Shown: positions 38,901-52,500, numbered from the stretch's first letter. The stretch: 64,000 bases of DNA from Somniosus microcephalus (GCA_052327205.1 CM126203.1:314030001-314094000), one strand, 5' to 3'. Translations and numbers: made by a program. The notes: generated by a model from the letters alone, not told the origin.

Positions 38901-39115
38901 CTAAGCAAATCTGGCCAGGATGAGTGTGTCCCTTGCATCCCGGGCAGCAATATGGTGGCGCTCTGGCGCCTTCTGGCCTGTGCATCTTCAGGTGGGTGAC
39001 TAGCAGCTTGGCGCTCCTGTTGATGCTCCTGCTGTTGGTCATGGTTCTGCTGCTGCCGCGGCTGGTCTGCGTCCACATCTGATGTCCAGGAGGAAAGGAA
39101 TTAAATGGTCGCCAT
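38901..39115 (-). pseudogene. Collapsed remnant of the Harbinger transposase gene
   Basis: Convergent to the Myb gene, where Harbinger transposases lie. ATG at 39115, a Q-rich N-terminus, then in another frame IAARDARDTLILARFA*, which resembles a HARBI1-type C-terminal helix. No DDE core. Confidence 0.45.
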
Positions 39116-40648
39116 GCTTCTGGTATATGCCTCAGTTGAGGAAGCGCTTCGTCAAGGTGGGGAGGGGTTTCCCAGGAGGTCATACTGGAGATGGGTGTCA
39201 GGCTCCAAACTTCCACAACACTGAGTATGCCTGCTAAAAGTTCCCCCAGACCTGAAACAACAAAGTTCTGCCACCTGCAAATAATCATTGGTGAAAACTC
39301 CTTTGTAATGGTGGAGCTGCAGCTGTTCATAAGCAATCCACTTGTGAGGCCGCCAGCATTACCTGGCGTGTTCCAGAGGAGGCGTGTAGGATGGGGGAAA
39401 TGTGTTAAAATTGGAAAGGCCTCTCTAAATGTGATTATAGAGGCAATTAAGTGGTTGTTAAGGGCCTATCCCGCCCTTTGGAAGCGGGTTGGAAAGGGTC
39501 AGAAAACACGCATTTGGGAAAATTGCTCGGAGGCGGGATGGGGCCCACCCGCCATTTTTGGCAAATTTAACAACTCACGCCTCCAATCCCGCCTCCTTGG
39601 GCCTGGCAAAATCGAGCTCAAAGAGTCTGCAAAGGGATATAAATAGGTTAAGAGAGTGGGCAAAAATTTGGCAGATGGAGTACAATGTGGAAAAATGTGA
39701 GGTTATCCACTTTGGAAGGAAGAATGAAAAAGCAAATTATTATTTAAATGGAGTGAGACTATAAAATGCTGCGGTACAAAGGGATCTGGGAGTCCTAGTA
39801 CATGAAACACAAAAACTTAGCATGCAGATACCGCAAGTAATTAGGAAGGCTAATGGAATGTTGGCCTTTATTGCAAGGGACATGGAGTATAAAAGTAGGG
39901 AAGTTTTGATGCAACTTTGCAGGGCGCTGGTGAGACCGCACCTGGAGTACTGTGTACAGTTGTGGTCTCCATATTAAAGGAAGGATATACTTGCATTGGA
40001 GGCAGTACTGAGAAGGTTCACTAGGTTGATTCCTGGGATGAAGGGGTTGACGTATGATGAAAGGTTGAGCAGGTTGGGCCTATACTCATTGGAGTTTAGA
40101 AGAATGAGAGGTGATCTTATTGAAACATATAAGATTCTGAGAGGGATTGACAGAGTGGATGCTGAGAGGATGTTTCCCCTAATGGGGGTATCTAGAACTA
40201 GGGGGCATAGTTTCAGAATAAGGGATTGCCCATTTAAGACCGAGATGAGAAGGAATTTCTTCTGAGGGTCGTGAATCTTTGGAATTCTCTACCCCGGAGA
40301 GCTGTGGAGGCGGAGTCACTGAATTGATTCAAGGCGGAGATTGACAGACATTTGAACTACAGGGGAGTCAAGGGATATGGGGAGAGAGCGGGAAAGTGGT
40401 GTTGAGGACAAGATTGGATCAGCCATGATCTTATTGAATGGTGGAGCAGGCTCGAGGGGCCGAGTGGCCTACTCCTACTCCTGCTCCTATTTCTTATGTT
40501 CTTATGTTACTGGAGCAGGTGGCAGAAGGATCTTGCAGCACTCTGTTATGCTCATAATCTCCTGTCAGTCCCTAAATTGCACTTTAATTAATCTATTGTG
40601 TCAGTTCACCTATTACTTGCCGTGACTAAATCATCCTTTAACCTGCAG

Positions 40649-40714
40649 GCTGCTGAACGCTTGCGGAATCTACCAGAAGTTCACTACAAGCTGAAGCAGA
40701 GTCAACTAGAATAA
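40649..40714 (+). CDS. GALT: GALT terminal coding exon (exon 11 equivalent)
   Basis: cctgcag|GCT GCT GAA CGC...GAA TAA. AAERLRNLPEVHYKLKQSQLE*, matching human AAERLRALPEVHY. Confidence 0.95.
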   Translation, partial: AAERLRNLPEVHYKLKQSQLE

Positions 40715-40813
40715 TGAATGGACTCAAGTAAACTGCAACAGACTCACATCATGATATTTTGCTGCTTATGTTGATTACTGTATTGCATTTTTTAGGGAGT
40801 GGTACTTCTTAAA

Positions 40814-40832
40814 ATTAAAACATTCAATTAAA
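40814..40832 (+). terminator. Candidate GALT polyadenylation signals (two ATTAAA)
   Basis: ATTAAA at 40814-40819 and 40827-40832, about 100 nt after the stop codon. Usage cannot be shown from sequence. Confidence 0.4.
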
Positions 40833-41509
40833 AAGCATTAATGTCCACTCTAACCTTACTGGAGCAGCCTGTTCTATTAAACTTTGTTCTAAAAAATGCA
40901 CATCTCCCTTTAATGACTCTTTAGCCCTGTACAGAAATGGGTCCTGTGTGGCCCTACACCTGTATATAAAACACTTTTGTTCCCCCTAGTGTGCTTCTTG
41001 ATAACCAGGGGGCCTGTACTTGAAATTTGAAAATGAGTGTTACTGTGATTTGCCTGAGAGAAGTTAATTGCAGAGCAATTCTATATGCAATCGATTTTTA
41101 AAAAAATCTGCAAATGCTGGAAATATGAAATAAAAATGCTGGAAATACTCAGCAGGTCCATCAGCATTGGAAAAGATAAAGACGGGCTAGGGTTATAGAT
41201 GGAGAACTTTCATCAGAACTGAAAGATATGCAAACCCCATTATAGAACTGAGATAGTGAAGAAGGCAAGGGGGAGAGCAACTGGGAAAAGTGAGGAATTG
41301 GGAAGACTTGCCTCTGTCAGAAAGACAGTGAAATAGGTTTGTAGACTGAAAAAATATTTTATGGCTAGAAAGGTGAAAAGCAGCTGAATGTTGTACAAAA
41401 AACAATGAAAAAAGGTGTGAAAAAGAATGTGGAAATAGTTGAGCCAAGTGATGAAAAGGCAAGAAGTGGAAAGTGAATGGGTGAAACGTGCTAGAAGGGG
41501 GGTGGGGAG

Positions 41510-41663
41510 CAACGTTCCCTTTAAGCTGCGTGGCCGCGCAGAGCCCGCACAGCCAGTGAGCTGGCTTTTAAATGTAAAAACCCCATATGCGCGTATTTTT
41601 GAATGGGCCATGTGGCCCCTTAAAAGGGGCCGCATGGCCCCAAAAAAATTAGAGGAAACATTG
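41510..41663. mobile_element. hAT-type MITE, 154 bp
   Basis: TIR CAACGTTCCCTTTAA and TTAGAGGAAACATTG (12/15 match); imperfect 8-bp TSD gtggggag/gtgggagg. Confidence 0.65.
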
Positions 41664-42785
41664 GTGGGAGGATTGTTGAGGTTTTAAATTGCTAATGACT
41701 GGACCCTACAATACGCAGGTCAGATGTGCCGGCTGGGCACCTCTCTCAATGACCCTGGTGGACTTTCCAGGGTCAGGGCAGGTTCCTTAATTAGTCTGTC
41801 ATTGATGTTCACCGAGGTCACTAGAAATGTACTTAGGATGCCTAGCATACGGGATAGTCTAGCGATCCAGGGAGGAGGGGTGTGCCTGTGTAGGCTAGGT
41901 GCTGGGTCTTACCCACCCCACCCCCCTGCCAACAACCTTCCAAGAAACAACTTTATGGTGCCCACCGCAGTTCTATTGGTAAGGGGCCGCATTTTTGTAG
42001 CACCTCTTCAGGGGTCCAGGCTCAAACTCTGCTCAGACCCCCAGGTAGACACCACTTCCTCCCTGGCTAGTGAGGTATGCATGTTCTGACTAGGCGTACT
42101 TCTGCCCACGATATATGGAGTCCAACTGAAGGCTTGGGTACTCAGTTCAGAGTCTGTGGCCCTGCACAACCCCCCTCCCTCCACTCTTTCCCCCCCCCCC
42201 CCACCCACCTTAAAACAATAGCTATATTTTATGACCATTACAGCAGACTGACATTGAGGTTAGACGTACATTGGAATGGCAGTGAGTTTTTGGAGACAAT
42301 GTTTAGACCAAAAGGTTACAGAGAAAAACATGAGACCATACCTGAAGTTTGCTTTGGCCTTTGTTGGAATAGTATAGCAGACCGAAGATAGAAAAACCTG
42401 AGTGTAACTGGAGGGGAGTTGAAGTGATGGGCACAAAAAGGCCAGGATTACTCTTTGCAGACTGAATGGAGATGTTCAGCATTTGATCTCCTGGTGTAAA
42501 GGGGATTGTACATGAACAGTGAAGACAGTATACTAGGTTGGAGGAAGTACATGTAAATTGCTGACTCTAGTGGAAGAAGTGTTTGGGTCTTTGGATGTTA
42601 GTCTGGGAAAAGGTAAGGGGACAGGTGTTGCATCGGTTATGGGTGTACAGGAAAGTAACGGGGCAAGGGCAGCTGAAAGTCAGGGCGATGAAAGAATAAA
42701 CAAGGATATTCTAGACAGAATAGTCTGGAAAGCAGATGCAAAATGTGCTTGGTGAAGGGATCATGCAGATGATGTGGAGAAAGAA

Positions 42786-43228
42786 AGACTTGCATTTATA
42801 TAGCACCTTTCACAACCATCCCAAACTGCTATACAGCCAATGATGTACTTTTTGAAGTGTAGTCACTGTTGTAATGTAGGAAACAGGGCAGCCAATTTGT
42901 GCACAGCAAGCTCCCACAAACAGCAATGTGCTAATCACCAGATAATCTGTTTTAGTGATGTTGATCGAGGGATAAATATTGGCCAGGACACCAGGGATAA
43001 CTCCCCTGCTCTTCTTCAAAATAGTGCCATGGGATCTTTTACGTCCACCTGAGGGGGCAGACGGGGCCTCGGTTTAACGTCTCATCTGAAAGACGGCACC
43101 TCTGACTGCAGCACTCGCTCAGTACTGCACTGGAGTGTCCACCTAGATTTTTATGGTCAAGTCTCTGGATTGGGATTTGAATCCACAACATTCATGACTC
43201 AGAGACCAACTGAGCCATGGCTAACTCA
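42786..43228 (-). mobile_element. DeuSINE (SacSINE1-like): tRNA-derived head, Deu domain, L2-like tail
   Basis: Minus strand contains gaggtgccgtctttcagatgagacgttaaaccgaggccccgtctgcc...gtggacgtaaaagatcccatggcactattt, the Deu-domain core. Confidence 0.88.
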
Positions 43229-46200
43229 TAGAATGGAAAGTGAAGAAAAGGGTGTAGTAGTGGAAAATGGGACAGATGCGTCAAAGCTCTAGTGGCTACA
43301 GATGAATGAAAATCTGGCTGAGCGAACAGAAGGACATTTCAGATGTTCCAGTGGAGTCTTCAGAACACATATGATTGGATACCGCGAAACTGGGGAAAGG
43401 AATAGGCTTGCATTAAATGGCTGTGGAAAGTCCATTTCCAGAAATAGGGGGAAGTTCAGAAAGGGAAGAAAAGAGTCAGCGATCTAAAGATGAGCGATGA
43501 GTGGAAATGGGAAGCTTGGGTGATTTTTCAAATTGGTTTAAGCACAGGAAGCAGCACCAACACAGTCATCAGATGTAATAGAGAAAGAGGTCATGTACCT
43601 ATGTGGTTTCCCATAGCAACACCTTTTATCTGGCAGAAGTGAGTCGCGTTTAAAAAAAAAATGTATTTTTAGTGGGTGCGCAATAGCTTTCTGCAGAACA
43701 TCAGAGGCCCTATCTGGAAAAGTGAAGTGTTTGTCCTTCAAGACACAACTCTCCATAAGGAATTTTGATCAGTTAAATTTTTGTAATTGAATATGTTATT
43801 GGCAGTCTACCTAGTAAAACATTCACGTTCAATTTTTATGTGCTTCAGATTGATAATTAGAGACTATTTTGGTATCTATAGGGTTAAACCTGTGATTGCA
43901 TGCTCCCAGTGTGAAAGCTGCACTCGAAGGGACTGAGAGTTAGAGATAGAGCAACAACATTGTAGCCCTGATTCTTCAAGCAGTACAGCACCCCACTGGG
44001 AATATGAAGTTAGCCCTCGCATGTTCTCCAGGCTTTGGTTATTAATACCCTCCATAGTTGACACTCAAGCATGAGGAATGGCCACTATGGAGATATTCAG
44101 GAAGCCTGATAGTACTCAGTGAACCATATGGGAGCAAGACCTGGTGCTTTCAGCGGAGGAGAGAAGAAAAATGTAAATAACTGATCCATTAAGGAGTTAC
44201 TGTAAAATGAGACCCAAAATAGGAAAACCAAGATCTCGCACTTCCAGGATTTCCTGACCACATTCTCAGCAGGTTAGCTGTGACTGAGAAATATAAGTAA
44301 TATTGGCATTAACCGGATCACATTTCTCAACATGTCCTACATGTCACTAACATAGGGTTTAAACCCCACCCAGCTCTTTCAGGTAGATTTGTATTAAGCA
44401 GAGATCGCAAAAAAGCAATGACACCTTTGTGAATATTTTTTTTGTTGGGGGGGGGGGTGGCAGGGGGGCAGTGGAAAATCTTTTATTTGTATATTTTAGT
44501 GGCTAGCATTAAAAAAAAGCCATCAGAAAGACCGTACCATTTCTGTAATATAGCAAATATTTAAATATGCGAGCCTAGAAATAAGCTACATATTGTGTGT
44601 ATTCCAGCTGGGCTCTATTCAATGCTGCAGAATATTCCAAATAGAAATATCGCTTCCCATCAGTTTATTTTCTGCAGCACCTAGTGGATCAGTTCTTTCC
44701 CCATGTGACCAGGAAAGTGCGGGGGCAAGTTGTGATTCAGTTTAGCAGCCTATGGGGTGAAGGAAGCAACAGCTAATTTATGAGAGGCAACTTCTGGAAT
44801 GCAAGGAAATACAGTAAAGAACTAGGGAGGCTTTCTACAGTTAATGGCTTCTTGATGTTTACTTGTGGTTACCATATGACTGATTTGAAAAGCTTATTTT
44901 ACATTAAGTTAAATGATGGGTATTTGAAAAAGGACATCATTCAGCTGTGGTGTATGTGGTTTTGTGGGTTTTTTTAATGAAAAGATGAAATATGGGATTT
45001 ATGTTCACGGGGCAGGAACAGCATGTCCATTCATAAGTATTACATGCTGCCAAGTTAAAGAATTTCCCTCTTGTTCAGGTTGGCAGTTTAACAAGTATGT
45101 GTTAGGCCCATCCTTCTCACCATCAGTATTTGGATTTTTTTAAATAAATAGCTGCAAGTGACCCACAATTCCAGTTCTTTACTTTCCCAAAAGAAAAACT
45201 GAGGTAGAAGTTGACAATTGTTCATTTCCCAGTACCTGAAGTCAGGCTGTAAGGGGTCTTTCTTAGCCTGGAATTGATATCTGTATATACAATTTGCAAA
45301 GTGGCAGCTGTTAAGGTTTTGGGAGATGGGAAGATATGCTCAGACCATCTCTTAAGAACTTACACAATTAATTTCCATGTGGGTTGTCCTAATTGGTTGG
45401 CTCTTTGAAAGAGCAGGCACAGGCACGATGGAACAAATGGCTTCCTTATGTGCTGTATGATTCTATGACCCTATGTTTAAAGTTTTCTTGGCTACAAGCA
45501 ACAACATAGTAAACAGTCTGAGATTTATGTAGTTACTGGGGCAATGTGTGTTTATACTCATCTACTGTGCCTCACACAAACACAAACAACGTGTTGCTTT
45601 GAAAATAGCTTGAAATATTTCGGACTACGCCAATAGAATGTAAACGCCCCATAAAACTATTGAGAGACAAGGGACTTTAACCAGTGCTTTATAAGGCAAG
45701 CCAATTGGAAATCTTTAGGATAAGTGAGGGGGAGTAAGTCAAGTCTTATAGAGGGAATCTGAGATTTAATGTATTCAATTGCACACCACTGATTTCCAAA
45801 TAGTTGCAATTTCCTTAATTGCCTCCCTTCTTCCCAACTCCCCACCCCAAGAGTGTACCGGAATTCTAAGTATAGAAAGTTCAACCTATATAATTAAAAC
45901 TATGATTATTCATATTCTAGTCTAATTAGACTCCATAATCATTAATTTGAGCTCATTAAAGATAATTAGTCAAAAAAATTAGTTGATATATAATTAGCTC
46001 TGTCTCCGTAGTGGAGGTTTCACAATGTAGGGCAGCAGTGCTGGTATGTCGCTAACTTTTCCTTTTGATATTTACTCAGAGATGGATACACTATAGCAAT
46101 TGAGTATGTCCCATTGCAGTATCAGTGTAGGTATTCTACATGGGTCTACATGTTTTTGAGATTATACAAATCTCAGTGATTTACTGCAATATAGAAACAT

Positions 46201-46452
46201 TTGCCAATCTCATCTTTTAACTTCTCTTCCATTTTTTATTTCTTTGCATTTCAGCAATTTCCTGTATAACCCAATTAAACTATCACTCTTAAAGCTAATG
46301 AGTGGTATTGATAGTAACTGGACTATGGTACACTGCGGAACAATTAAACAATTAAAGATTAACTATTGCAGTGGTGAAATTAAGTGCCATTAACTGTGAA
46401 ATATCACCCTTACAGTAAGTTTCCTTATTGCACATTAGATAGAACAGGCTTC

Positions 46453-46760
46453 TGTGGCGGAGACCACATAGGGACAATAACACAATTCACAATGTATAGC
46501 CAATGTGGTTATATGTACATAAACACAATTCACTATGTATAACCAGTGTTATATGTACGTACTTGGTTGGGTTATCGGGGCAGGGTCCCTTTAAGAGCGT
46601 CGGTAGCGTGATGACGTCATGCGTCGGTAGCGTGATGTCATCATAGCCCTGCAACGAGGCTGAGAACCTCAGTCCTCATGGAGAGTGAATAAAGTAACAC
46701 GCGTTTTGCCTTTGCTGCAACAAAAGTCTCAGAGCCTGTTGATTTCTAGCGACTCCAACA
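46453..46760 (+). mobile_element. Solo LTR, 308 bp (probably Gypsy)
   Basis: TG...CA ends; 4-bp TSD CTTC (46449-52, 46761-64); AATAAA at about 46688; CpG-rich island in AT-rich DNA. Confidence 0.85.
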
Positions 46761-47433
46761 CTTCCATAGAAATCAAGAGATGACATTTTGTTTTTAAAAT
46801 ATAAAATTATAGAAAGGGTATTTAATAGTGCTATTGCAGAATAATGTAAGCAAGAATTATGCTAGCAAGAATTATGCTATTTTATTGTAGATTATGTGAT
46901 GTAGTTAATTTCCGCCTCTTGTAATTATTTTCTGTTGCCCTTAAACTCTTTTACCCCATCTCTAAGCATTTGCTCAAAGCTTAAGTTTGGATGACTCTAC
47001 ATTCCCTTGTGGCAGAAATCAGTTAAGCTTTCTTTAAAAGATTGCAGATACTATCCAGTAACTTAGCTTACAATTAGCCAATTTTAAGTGACAAGTTTTA
47101 TCAATTGATACTTCTTACCAAACATTCTTTACAATTTTATTTTTGATACTATCAAACTGTACATACCGTTTACTCAAGATAAGAAATGGAAACATTTTCT
47201 CCCATTCCCCCCGCCCGCCCCCCCACCGGCTCCTTCGGTCACTCTATGTGGCAGAAAGAGTGGTTGACCTGCTATTAATATGGCTGTGTAACTAACTGCT
47301 AGGAAGTGCAAGACAGATGAGGCATGACAATGCCTGCTGGGAAGTATCTTGACTCAGCTTTTCATTTCCCCCTTAGCGATCTGACTGAGATTATAAACTT
47401 AGTATGCAGGGAATCTAAGTTTATAATAGATAA

Positions 47434-48642
47434 GTGGATGTGGTGTATTTGGACTTTCAGAAGGCTTTCGATAAGGTCCCACATAAGAGATTAGCGTGCA
47501 AAATTAAGGCACATGGGATTGGGGGCAAGGTATTGACTTGGATAGAGAACTGGTTGGCGGACAGAAAGCAAAGAGTTGGAATAAACGGGTCGTTTTCCAA
47601 GTGGCAGGCAGTGACTAGTGGGGTACCGCAAGGATCGGTCCTAGGACCCCAGCTGTTCACAATATATATTAATGATCTGGATGAGGGAATTGGATGTAAT
47701 ATCTCCAAATTTGCAGACGACACAAAGCTGGGCGGCAGGGTAAGCTGCGAGGAGGATGTCGTGAAACTCCAGTACGATTTGGACAGGTTGGGTGATTGGG
47801 CAGAAACATGGCAAATGCACTATAATATGGATAAATGTGAGGTTATCCACTTTGGTGGCAAAAACAGGCAGGCAGATTATTATTTGAATGGCAATAGATT
47901 GGGAGAAGGGGAAGTGCAAAGAGACCTGGGTGTCCTTGTGCACCAGTCGCTGAAGGTAAGCATGCAGGTGCAGCAGGCGGTTAAGAAGGCAAATGGTATG
48001 TTGGCCTTCGTAGCAAGAGGGTTCGAGTACAGGAACAAGGATGTCTTGCTACAGTTGTACAGGGCCTTGGTGAGACCGCACCTTGAGTATTGTGTGCATT
48101 TTTGGTCACCTTACCTGAGGAAGGACGTTCTTGCCATGGAGGGAGTGCAGCGAAGATTCACCAGGCTGATACCTGGGATGGCAGGAATGACGTATGATGA
48201 GAGATTGTGTCGATTGGGCTTATACTCACTGGAGTTTAGAAGATTGAGAGGGGATCTCATCGAAACCTATAAAATTCTGTCAGGCCTGGACAGACTAGAT
48301 GCAGGAAGGATGTTTCTGATGGCCGGGGAGTCCAGAACCAGGGGTCATAGTCTAATGATAAGGGGTAAGCCATTTAGGACTGAAATGAGGAGGAATTTCT
48401 TCACCCAGAGAGTGGTGAACCTGTGGAATTATCTGCCACAGAGGGCGGTGGAGGCTAGTTCATTAAATATATTCAAGAAAGAGTTGGATATATTTCTTGA
48501 GGCTAAAGGGATCAAGGGATATGGGGAAAAGGCAGGGACAGGGTACTGAATTTGGATGATCAGCCATGATCACATTGAATGGCGGAGCAGGCTCGAAGGG
48601 CCGAATGGCCTACTCCTGCTCCTATCTTCTATGTTTCTATGT
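47434..48642 (+). mobile_element. Young 5'-truncated CR1; uninterrupted 371-aa ORF2 C-terminus (47434-48549)
   Basis: [23 protein letters not shown] and FADD in one frame; 3' UTR and (ttctatgt)n tail. Confidence 0.95.
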
Positions 48643-49289
48643 AATCACATGTACAGATCCTTGACCTATCAATCCATAGCAGGACACGTTGCTGCACCAA
48701 GCTGGTTGTACCAACATGCGATAGACAGAGCTAAGCGATCTCACAACCATCGGATCAAATCAAAGCTCTGCAGTCCTGCCACATCCAGTCGTGAGTGGTG
48801 GTGGACAATTAAACAGTTAACAGGAGGAGGAGGCTCCAAAAATATCCCCATCCTCAATGATGGTGGAGCCCAGCACGTGAGTGCAAAAGACAAGGCTGAA
48901 GCATTTGCAACTATCTTCAGCCAGAAGTGCCGAGTGGATGATCCATCTCAGCCTCCTCCTGAGGTCCCCAGCATCACAGATGCCAGTCTTCAGCCCATTC
49001 AATTCACTCCACGTGATGTCAAGAAACGGCTGAAGACACTGGATACTGCAAAGGCTATGGGCCCTGACAACATTCCGGCAATAGTACTGAAGACTTGTGC
49101 TCCAGAACTAGCTGCGCCCCTAGCCAAGCTGTTCCAGTACAGCTACAACACTGGCATCTACCCGGCAATGTGGAAAATTGCCCAAGTATGTCCTGTCTAC
49201 AAAAAGCAGGACAAATCCGACCCGGCCAATTACCGTCCCATCAGTCTACTCTCAATCATCAGCAAAGTGATGGAAGATTTCGTCGACAG

Positions 49290-49470
49290 TATTATGTCCA
49301 TGTATAATTGAGACACGGACAGCAGGAGTTGATTATAACAAGTCTTTACTGAATGGAGACAATCGGGAAACTGGAACTACAGAAGATTGCTAGCGCCTTT
49401 TATACAGGGGTGGTCACTGCCGGTACTGCAGTCTGAGACCAGTTATTCCCTTAAAGGTACATACACAACA
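49290..49470 (-). repeat. 3' LTR of the Mag-like Gypsy, 181 bp
   Basis: Matches 54136-54208 plus 54503-54612 with 4 substitutions (3 at CpG sites). Confidence 0.95.
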
Positions 49471-49578
49471 ATTCCTCCCCTTTTAGATAAACAGTACATA
49501 ACATTCATTTAACAACTAAATGATAACTAATTACAATCACAATTACGGTTGCTAGATACATTGGTTGAGGTTAAGCAA

Positions 49579-52500
49579 TTATAAGTTCAGTCTTTGAGGA
49601 GGCTTCCTGATTCTGTCTGGATAACGCCTCTTTAGGGTATCAGGTTCTTCTGGCAAGGTTGAGTCTGGATCAATGTCGTTGTTTGGTTCATCTGCTTCCA
49701 ATATCACCGATTCTGCGGTAGCTGCAATTGGTACGTCGGTTTCATCGCCAGGTGTATCAGATCGTGGTGTGGAGTTGAAGTTTTCCAGTGACTCTAGAAT
49801 CTGGTCAGCATGGCATCTTACAATGCTCTCTCCAACGTCCACGGTATACATGAGAGGTCCTTGCCGTGTACAAATTGTTCCTGGCTGCCATTTCTCTGTA
49901 CGGTAGTCCCGGGCCAAAACTGGTTGACCTATCTTAAAACTACTGGTCGGCCTTTCATTCATATTCTGAAACTGCCTGTTCTCCACATCTCTTCGGACGT
50001 TTGGCTTAACCAAATCCAAGTGGCATCGGAGTCTTCGATTGAAGAACATCATGGCTGGAGTTTGGTTGGTAACCGCATGTGTCGCATTCCGGTAGGCAAA
50101 CAAGAAGTTGTCCACCTTGTGTTGTAGGGGTATATCTTCATTACACATTGCCTTGATAGCCTTCTTGAATGTTTGAACAAACCTCTCGGCCAATCCATTA
50201 GTGGCTGGATGATATGGGGCGGATGTGTAATGCTTAACACCATTGTTCTTTAAGAACCTCCGGAACTCTTCAGACACAAACTGTGGTCCATTGTCAGAGC
50301 AAATCTGTTCAGGCAGCCCATTCCTGGCGAATATGGTTCGTAAGACTGTGATAGTTTTTTCTGTGGTGGTTGAGGACATTTTTATTACCTCTGGCCACTT
50401 TGAATGTGCATCCACCGCAATTAAAAACATCCGAGTCCATGAAGGGACCAGCAAAATCAATGTGCACCCGTTGCCATGGAGATGAGGGCCACTCCCATGG
50501 ATGTAGAGGGGCTTGTGGTGGGGCGTTTTGGACCTTCTGGCATCCTGTACAGCTCTTGGTCATCTCTTCGATTTCTCTATCGATTCTCGACCACCACACA
50601 AACGCTCTGGCTAAGTTCTTCATTTTTACCCCTCCCAGATGACCTTCATGAAGCTCATTGAGCACTCTATCCTTCAATTTGGGTGGAATTACTACTCTGG
50701 ATCCACACATCAAGGTTCCTCTGCACACTGACAGCTGTTCTCTTCTCGGCGAGAATGCTGGCAGCAGTGGTTCGCCATGTGCTGGCCATCCCTTCACCGT
50801 TAAATCATAGACCCGGGATAGTGTCGGGTCATTTCGTGTTTCCTTTTCTATGTTTGCATTCGTCACAGGGAGACATTCGACTATGGTCGAGTGGAATATC
50901 TCCATTGGATCCACTGCAAGTTCTTCTTCCACCATCGGCAACGATAGGCGCGACAATCCATCAGCATTCCCATGCTGTTTAGTTCCTCTGTACTCGATGT
51001 CATATTGGTGTGCCCCTAGGAAAAGGGACCACCTCTGTAGCCGTAGTGCTGTCATTATCGGTACGCCCTTCTGAGGGTTGAAAATGGAGACAAGAGGTTG
51101 ATGATCAGTTAGTAGAGTAAATTTTTGACCGTGCAGGTAGTGATTGAACTTCTTCACCCCCCACACTAGGCTGAGGGCCTCTCTGTCAATCTGGGCATAG
51201 TTACGCTCGGCTGAAGTTAACGAGCGTGATGCAAAAGCTATCGGCCTCTAAACCATCAAGGAATTTATGTGACAGTACCGCCCCAATGCCGTAGGGAGAT
51301 GCATTACACGCCAGTCTTATCGGTAGTGATGGGTTGTAGTGAGGCAATACTTCTCTTGAAGTGATTAAGTCCTTACTCTTCTGAAAGGCCCGCTTACAGT
51401 CATTGCTCCATTTCCATGCTACTCCCATTCGTAGTAGGGCGTTCAGTGGGTGCAGAATTGTGGACAAATTCGGTAAAAATTTATGGTAGTAATTCACCAA
51501 TCTGAGGAATGACCTCAGTTGCGACACATTTTCAGGTGCTTGGGCCTTAACAACCGCTTCAATTTTGTCAGGGGACTTATGTAACCCCTCTTCATCAATC
51601 ACGTGGCCACAATACGATATCTGTTTCTTTAAAAACTCGCACTTGGGGCGGTTAGCTCGTAGTCCATGTTCCCGTAGTCTAGTGAGCACCTGTTCTAGGT
51701 TGTTAAGGTATTCACTGTCATCTTCACCTGTCACTAGGATGTCGTCTAAGTAACACTGAGTCCCCGGAATCCCTTGCAGGACTTGTTCCATCGCTCTTTG
51801 CCATATCGCCGGAGCTGATGCTACTCCGAATACCAATCGATGATACTGGTAAAGACCTTTGTGAGTGTTTATCGTGAGATACTTCCTAGAGGATTCTTCA
51901 ACCTCCATCTGCAAATACGCTTGTGCTAGGTCAATTTTTGTAAAACGCTTCCCTCCAGATAGTGAGGCGAAGATGTCTTCTATCCTTGGAAGAGGATATT
52001 GTACTGTGTGAAGGACTGGGTTCACCGTCACCTTGAAGTCCCCACAGATGCGAACCTTCCTTGGCTCCTCAGACTTATTGCTTAACGTTTTCTTCATGAC
52101 AGGAACGATGGGTGTCGCCCACTCGCTCCAGTCTACCTTAGACAACACGCCTGCATTCTCCAGATTCTCCAGCTCTGCCTCGACGGCTGGGCGAATTGCA
52201 TATGGTACCGGTCTTGCTTTGAAAAACTTGGGAATTGCATTCTCTTCCATTTTTATCGAGGCGGTTACGCCTTTAAGAATGCCCAGTTCTTGTTGAAATA
52301 CCTCTTTGGCGTTAGCTAAGATTGTTGACAATCGTCCAGGAGTGACGTCTTCATCTTTTTTACCGTCCACCGTCATTGCATGAATGGAGTGCCAATCTAA
52401 GTTTATCTTTCTGATCCATTCACGTCCCAATAACGGTGGTCCACCATTTGCAGTATGTAGAGATACAATTTCTGTATTTTCTTGCCGTTGTATTCGACAG

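Larger units (their letters stand above)
36461..39619 (+). mobile_element. PIF/Harbinger element copy 3, both ends present, non-autonomous (3159 bp)
   Basis: TIRs GGGCTGGATTTTG and CAAAATCGAGCTC (11/13 match); 3-bp TSD AAA (36458-60, 39620-22); contains the Myb gene. Confidence 0.92.
35690..40508 (+). mobile_element. CR1 LINE (about 35690-36460 plus 39620-40508) hosting a SINE and Harbinger copy 3
   Basis: ORFs 35768-36079, 36114-36299 and 39996-40265. gaggatacaaa|gagtctgc rejoins across the Harbinger. Confidence 0.92.
41105..43620 (-). mobile_element. Degenerate Penelope-like element, fragmented by later insertions
   Basis: Terminal motif ctgcaaatgctggaaat...aaatgctggaaatactcagcaggtc and a GIY-YIG-region remnant at about 42400-42660 (cagtatactaggttggaggaagtacatgtaaattgctg). 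Recognised from memory of shark Penelope elements. Confidence 0.55.

Noticed and set aside
41129-41134. AATAAA as the GALT poly(A) signal
   Set aside because: It lies within a Penelope-like terminal motif. Use cannot be excluded, but nothing favours it over the nearer ATTAAA pair.
48556-49311. 251-aa ORF (and the 275-aa ORF 54529-55356) as novel genes
   Set aside because: Chance read-through from a CR1 UTR or an LTR into the two halves of one LINE split by the Gypsy.
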